Assembly (NCBI RefSeq): GCF_009914755.1
Contig: NC_060941.1
DNA length: 64,000 nucleotides
DNA from: the human T2T-CHM13v2.0 reference genome, Homo sapiens
Reading direction: 5' to 3' (one strand)
Each line of letters opens with the position of its first letter. Position 1 is the first letter of the stretch. Below are positions 58,776 to 64,000 of the stretch, in pieces. The translations under genes were made by a program, and so were the position numbers. The notes below the pieces were generated by a model that was not told the DNA's origin, searched no databases, and saw only the letters and a list, made by a program, of their open reading frames with translations.

Positions 58776-61700
58776 CTACATAACATCCACAAAGAACTCG
58801 CTGGGATTGCCCATGGCCATGTGGAAGCTTTGGCGGCTGGCTGTCAGTTCTGGGGGCACAGAGCCCAGGTCTCTGACTGGAGGGGCCCCCGGAGGCTGCA
58901 CTGCTGGAGGGACTGGAGGTGGAGGTGGGGGCATCATGACCACCATCATGGGGTTGTAGGGGAGGGCCATGCCAGGGGGCGGTCCATAGGGATGGAGCCC
59001 TGGGTGGGCTCGGAGATTAGGGGCACCCCCAGTTGAGCCTCTGGATGGAGGAGGGCCCCCATCGCTAGTCCCACTTGCTTCCCCACCCCGCCGAAGGCTG
59101 CCCCCTCGGCTGGAGGGCTCAGACTCACTGCCACTGCCGGACTTGGACTCGGGGGCCCGCTCCTCGGGCCTCCCCGTGCGCCCTGCCCCCCCATCACTCC
59201 GTGTCGACCCACTGCTCCGGCTGCCTGTGGAGGGAGGGGAGGGGCAACTGAGTCCTCACCCAGGCTCCTCCCTGGCTCCCCTCTCATCCACCCTCAGATC
59301 CTGGCCGTACAGGTATGTGGGGATGACTTACCCTCACTATGCTGGCTGCTGGCACTGCCCCCACCATAGGTGTAAGATGAAAGCTCATGGTAGGGTGGAG
59401 GCTGCGGGCTGTAGGGGTGTGGGGCAGGGTATTGGTAGGAGAAAGTGGGCAGCAGGGGCCAGGGGGTGGCCCCAGGCAGAGGAGCCAGGGTATCCTGGTC
59501 TGAAGCCCCACTGGAGCCATCGTTGTCATTGAGAGACAGGTTGACTAGGTCTGGAAAGCAAGGGAAGAGAGGAAGAAATCACTGCTTCAAGAGGCTAGGG
59601 CCCCAAGACACCGAATGGAGAGGAACTGGGAACAGTTCTCCCAGACCCACCCACGATGGGGCTCAAAACAGGGGTTCACAAGGGTCTCTGACAAGAAACT
59701 CCCATCTACTTCTGCCATGAGGGCAGGGGCACAGCCACTAGCCCACGTCTTTGCGGGACTCAGGTAAGAGGTGCACCTTCCCCCGGTGGACACAGTCCTG
59801 CACCTGGCACATGGCTTGTCCAGCAGCACATGGGTGGACGTCAGCCCCCATCCTCGGCCAGTGCAGGACCTAGTGCGGGACACACACTGCTCGACCATCC
59901 ATGGTGGCCCTGGCTGCGGTTTCTGGGCTAGGTCTAGGGTTGGAGAGGCAGAACAAGGTAGGCAAAGCCACACTCCCAGAGTTGGGGCAGGGGGACTTAC
60001 AGCTCTCACAGCCACCACTGAGGTCTCCGAAGACGTAATAGCACTGCTCAGAGAAGGTGATCTTGTTGACGGTGTGTCGGATCAGGCCTGCTTTGAGCAG
60101 CCCGCTGGCATACTTGCGGGCCTCCCGCCGCTCAGGAAAGCCCTCCACGTGATGGTAGAGCCAGTCAACCACATCCGAGCCTGGGAGCACCCACAGTGGA
60201 AAAAGGCCTCAGGTTCTTCTTCCAACTCCTGCTCTCGCCTCTGCCTGTGCCATTCCTGGCTTTGGTCACCACCTCCTCCCCTTCTCCAGCCACCTGCCCA
60301 GGACCCAGCCATACCCAGAAAGGCATTAGGGATGGTGATCTTGAGCCACATGCGGTCCCGGACTTCCAGTCCAGACTCTGGAGCTGCCATGGCCTTGGTC
60401 ACCGATGCCATGTCCGTATGGACGGAGAGACCCCGGCCTTCACAGCCTGGCAGAGGAGACAACGGGTAACCAGAGTCAGGGATCGCTCCCACAAGGGCAA
60501 TGGATCAGACCACTGCGGGACAGCCTTCTGCTGGGAGGGTGGGATGAGGTGGGCTGGCGGCTCACCATCAGGCAAAGACGATCCAGATGTAATGGTGCTC
60601 ATGGAGGAGGAACCTGGATAGGCTGGGAAGGTGCCAGTCAGAGCCGCGGAATGGGACACCCAGGCAGCAGGGTCAATTGGCTGGATGGGCTCATCTGGGA
60701 CAAAGATGGCACCAAAATGACCCATTCTCAGTCCCCAAAAGCCAGCCCAGTCCCTCCCTGACTCAGCCTCCTGTTCCACCTCTGCCTGGACCCTCCTCCC
60801 ACCCATTCCCCATGACCACAGGCCCGGCCCCAGCCTCCTGGGCAGCCCCCACCCCCAACTTCAGGCCCCTCCCTGAGTGTCACTCACTTCGGGGGAGAGT
60901 GAAATAGGCCTGAGGAGAGGGATCCCAGCACTTGGCCACAGTCAGCACAATGGGGCTATGGGGAAGAGAAGTCCAGTCAAGGGCGCAGGGGAAGAGGAGG
61001 CCTCAGGAGGGCGGGGGTCTGAAGCAAGGATGGATTAAGAGACACAAAGAGGGGGAGAAGCAAGCACATCGCGGCTGGGCTAGAGAAGGTGAGGGTGGAA
61101 GGCACCACAATGTGGATGACTCATCAACATGGAAAACTCTTAAAAACATACTGCCAAGTGAGACAAGAGAGTACACGCTGTACAGTTCCATTCACAGAAA
61201 GTCCAAAAACAGGTAAAACGAAACTGCAGTGTTCAAGGATACGTGCAAGGGTGGTAACTATCCAGTGAGGCAAAGCTTTTCTTTGTTATGGTGATGGCCA
61301 AAGAAGTCAGGAGAGTGACTACCCCTGGGGCAGTGAGGCATTTGGGAGCAGGAAGGGACATCTGAGGAGGAAGTTCTAGGGTATCAGCAATCTCCTATTT
61401 GATGATCTAGATGGCAGTGACATGGATATTTACTCTAGTATTATTTGCTATGTCATGCATTTGTTTCATGTACTTTGAACGTTATGTCTTAGCACTTTTT
61501 TTTTTTTTTGAGACGGAGTCTTGCTCTGTCGCCCAGGCTGGAGTGCAGTGGCGTGATCTCGTTTCACTGCAACCTCCACCCCCCAGGGTTCAAGTGATTC
61601 TCCTGTCTCAGCCACCTCACTAGCTGGGACTACAGGCATGTGCCACCATGCCCACTTAATTTTTCTATTTTTAGTAGAGACACGGTTTCACCACATTGGT

Positions 61701-63708
61701 CAGGCTGGTCTCGAACTCCTCACCTCAGGTGATCCACCCATCTGGGCCTCCCAAAGTGCTGGGTTTACAGGCTCGAGCCACCACGCCCGGCTGTCTTAGT
61801 ACTTATTAAAATTCCAAAACAAAACATGAAAGAGAAAAAAAAAGAGGACTGAGGACCGGCAACCTGCTTGGCAACTCACCCAGGCTTGTGCACAATGTCC
61901 CTCAGCACCCGCACAGCGTCATCGTTGCTCATGTTCTCAAAGTTCATGTCATTCACCTGGAAGCGACGGCAAGTGGGTCAGAGACACGGTGGGAGAGGCT
62001 GAGGGCCCCCGTGCAGGGCAGCTCAGTGGCCCTACCCCAGCACACCTGCAAAAGCATGTCCCCTGGCTCAATGCGCCCGTCGGCCGCCACAGCCCCACCC
62101 TTCATGATGGAGCCAATGTAGATGCCTCCGTCTCCCCGCTCATTGCTCTGGCCAACAATGGAGATACCCAGGAAGTTGTACTTCTCTGTGGAGAGAGGCC
62201 ATGTGAAAAGAGGAGCCCCTGCCACAGGACGCCCGGAACCCTAGAGACCAGGCCCTCCCCACGCCCTAGCCACAGGCTCTCCCCATACCCATGTTTAGCG
62301 TGACTGTGATGATATTGAGAGACATTGTGGAATCTGTGACGCTGCTGAAGGATGACGTCTGTGGTGGGAAAAGGAGCCAGAGTGCCCTTCAATAACCCAG
62401 GGTCAACCCTGGGGTGCTGCCGGTGTCCTGGCACCGCCCAAACCAAAGCCCATGCCCCACCTTCTCCCAGCACCAGCCTTCCTGTAGGAACCCCTCACCC
62501 TCTCCAGGCGGGGTGGCCTCTGCTTCCTTCGCCGCCGGTGGCGCTTAAGGAGGCGGGAGGCACTGCTCTGCTCCGTGGAGCTGCTGAACCTACCAGGAGG
62601 TTGGGAAGGAGAGCAAACGTAGGCCAAAGTGGTCATGGGGCCAAGAGAAAGAACAAGAGGATTGACTGGAAGACGAGACGGGGCTGGGTGCGCTGGGGAG
62701 AGCTGTGCGGAGCCACACCTGCTCATGGTGTCCTCCTCGTCCGAGTCCCCCAGGCTGGTACTCTCCAGCTCGCTGGTCATGAGGGTAGAGGAGCTCTCGT
62801 ATCCGGCCAGGTGGCGCTCCAGCCTTGAGGGGCCACCAGTCCTGTGGCCCCCAGCTACATATGGACAGGAAGCTCAAGAACCAAGCTTCCCCCTGCTCAC
62901 CCCACCAAGGCTGGGGTCTGGCCCAGCCCTTCCCGGCCCCCAGGCCTGCCCCTCACCGCCATGCTCACTGCTGTCTCTCCTGCGAGGCCGCTCCCGCCTC
63001 AGTGACACTACTGACTCGGTTTCTGTCTCAGGCTCCAGATTCTCATGGCTGCTGGACACATTAGGGCTGGACAGGCAGAGATGGTTTCCAACCCACATCA
63101 GGAGAACAGGGCTCCGGATCCTAGGCGTCCCCTACCAAAGGCCTGGGTTCCCTCCTCACCTCCCTCCCCTGCAGTCAAGAATCTGAAGGACTCACTGGAA
63201 GGATGGAGGCCTTGAGTCCCCAATGCCGCTGGTCCTCTCGGGTGGCAAAGGAGGTAAAGGTGGGGCTGGAGGCGCCAGTTCTGCCCGAGGCTCATGGACT
63301 GGAGGGGCCATCTCGGGTTGGGGATTATCTGAGGACACCAGCTAGAAGGGTGCAAATGATAAACAGTGGCTCACTTGGGAGTCAGGGTGTGACAGGTGGC
63401 AGTAAGTGAAAGAATGAGAAAGGGTCTCAGAGAGCTGGAGAAGAGCAAAAAAACCTAGCAAGTATTAGAGACTCCAGAAGGAGAAGGCTGAGGGCCTCTC
63501 GCCGGCTCTCCAAACAGACAGGAGGTAAAGAGCCAGGGCTGCTAACGCGCGGCCTGGGGAGGATACAGAAACAGACTGAGGCTTGAGGGAGCTTGGCAAT
63601 GCTGAGGGGGCCTGGTCCTCGGTGTCAGAACCTCTTACCCAGGATACCACCCTTCCGTTGAAGCAGGGGAGGCGGGCGTTGTCATCTGAAATTTCTTCCT
63701 TCACCACC
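58776..63708 (-). CDS. DVL2: Dishevelled segment polarity protein 2, exons 2-15 (exon 1 lies beyond the window)
   Basis: Exons: 63639-63708, 63196-63341, 62957-63066, 62719-62854, 62499-62589, 62289-62358, 62046-62185, 61880-61956, 60888-60955, 60566-60694, 60315-60446, 60001-60180, 59332-59550, 58776-59224 (2017 nt). DIX ([23 protein letters not shown]), PDZ (FLGISIVGQ), DEP ([12 protein letters not shown]), C-terminus SEFFVDVM*. Confidence 0.97.
61495..61792 (-). mobile_element. Alu in DVL2 intron 9
   Basis: Reverse Alu consensus. Confidence 0.9.
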
Positions 63709-64000
63709 CTGCCAAGCGACAAGGTAGAGGTCAGTGAGCTGGACCAACCATCCCCACCCCGACCCCCATCAAACTTTCTCCCAATCTTCACCTGGCTCCA
63801 GGATGTTGACTTTCTCCTGCCCTGTTCAGGTCTTCTCTTACATTGAAAGAACTCACTCCGACACCTAAGAAATCTCCAAACTCAATCCCCTTTCCTTATT
63901 TCTCCTCTCCCTAACGCACCCTCAGGGGCACAGTGCTGCTCCAAAGACTTCCTTGAGTCTGACTCAAACCTCTTAGTCCAGTTTCAAAAGCAATCCCGCA

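Overview
Human (primate) genomic DNA. By recognition of the encoded proteins this is the gene-dense 17p13.1 locus. Contents, left to right: an Alu/L1-rich intergenic block with an ERVK-type solo LTR nested in an Alu; the complete ASGR1 gene (minus strand, 291 aa, with a ~2.2 kb CA/TG-rich repeat in one intron); an Alu-rich spacer; the complete DLG4/PSD-95 gene (minus, 724-aa alpha and 767-aa beta forms reconstructable); ACADVL (plus, 20 exons, 655 aa), head-to-head with DLG4; MIR324, antisense in ACADVL intron 11; and DVL2 exons 2-15 (minus), tail-to-tail with ACADVL. Exon boundaries were read by hand from splice signals, and the summed lengths match the known proteins. I see no evidence of a wholly new multi-gene system. 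The best leads lie in the DLG4 5' architecture: a candidate extra first exon encoding a CxC palmitoylation-like N-terminus (44556-44609), an in-frame SAP97-like exon-2 extension, a non-canonical TG splice acceptor, RFX X-box clusters in intronic promoter-like islands, and a shared CATG that starts both DLG4-alpha and an upstream ACADVL isoform.
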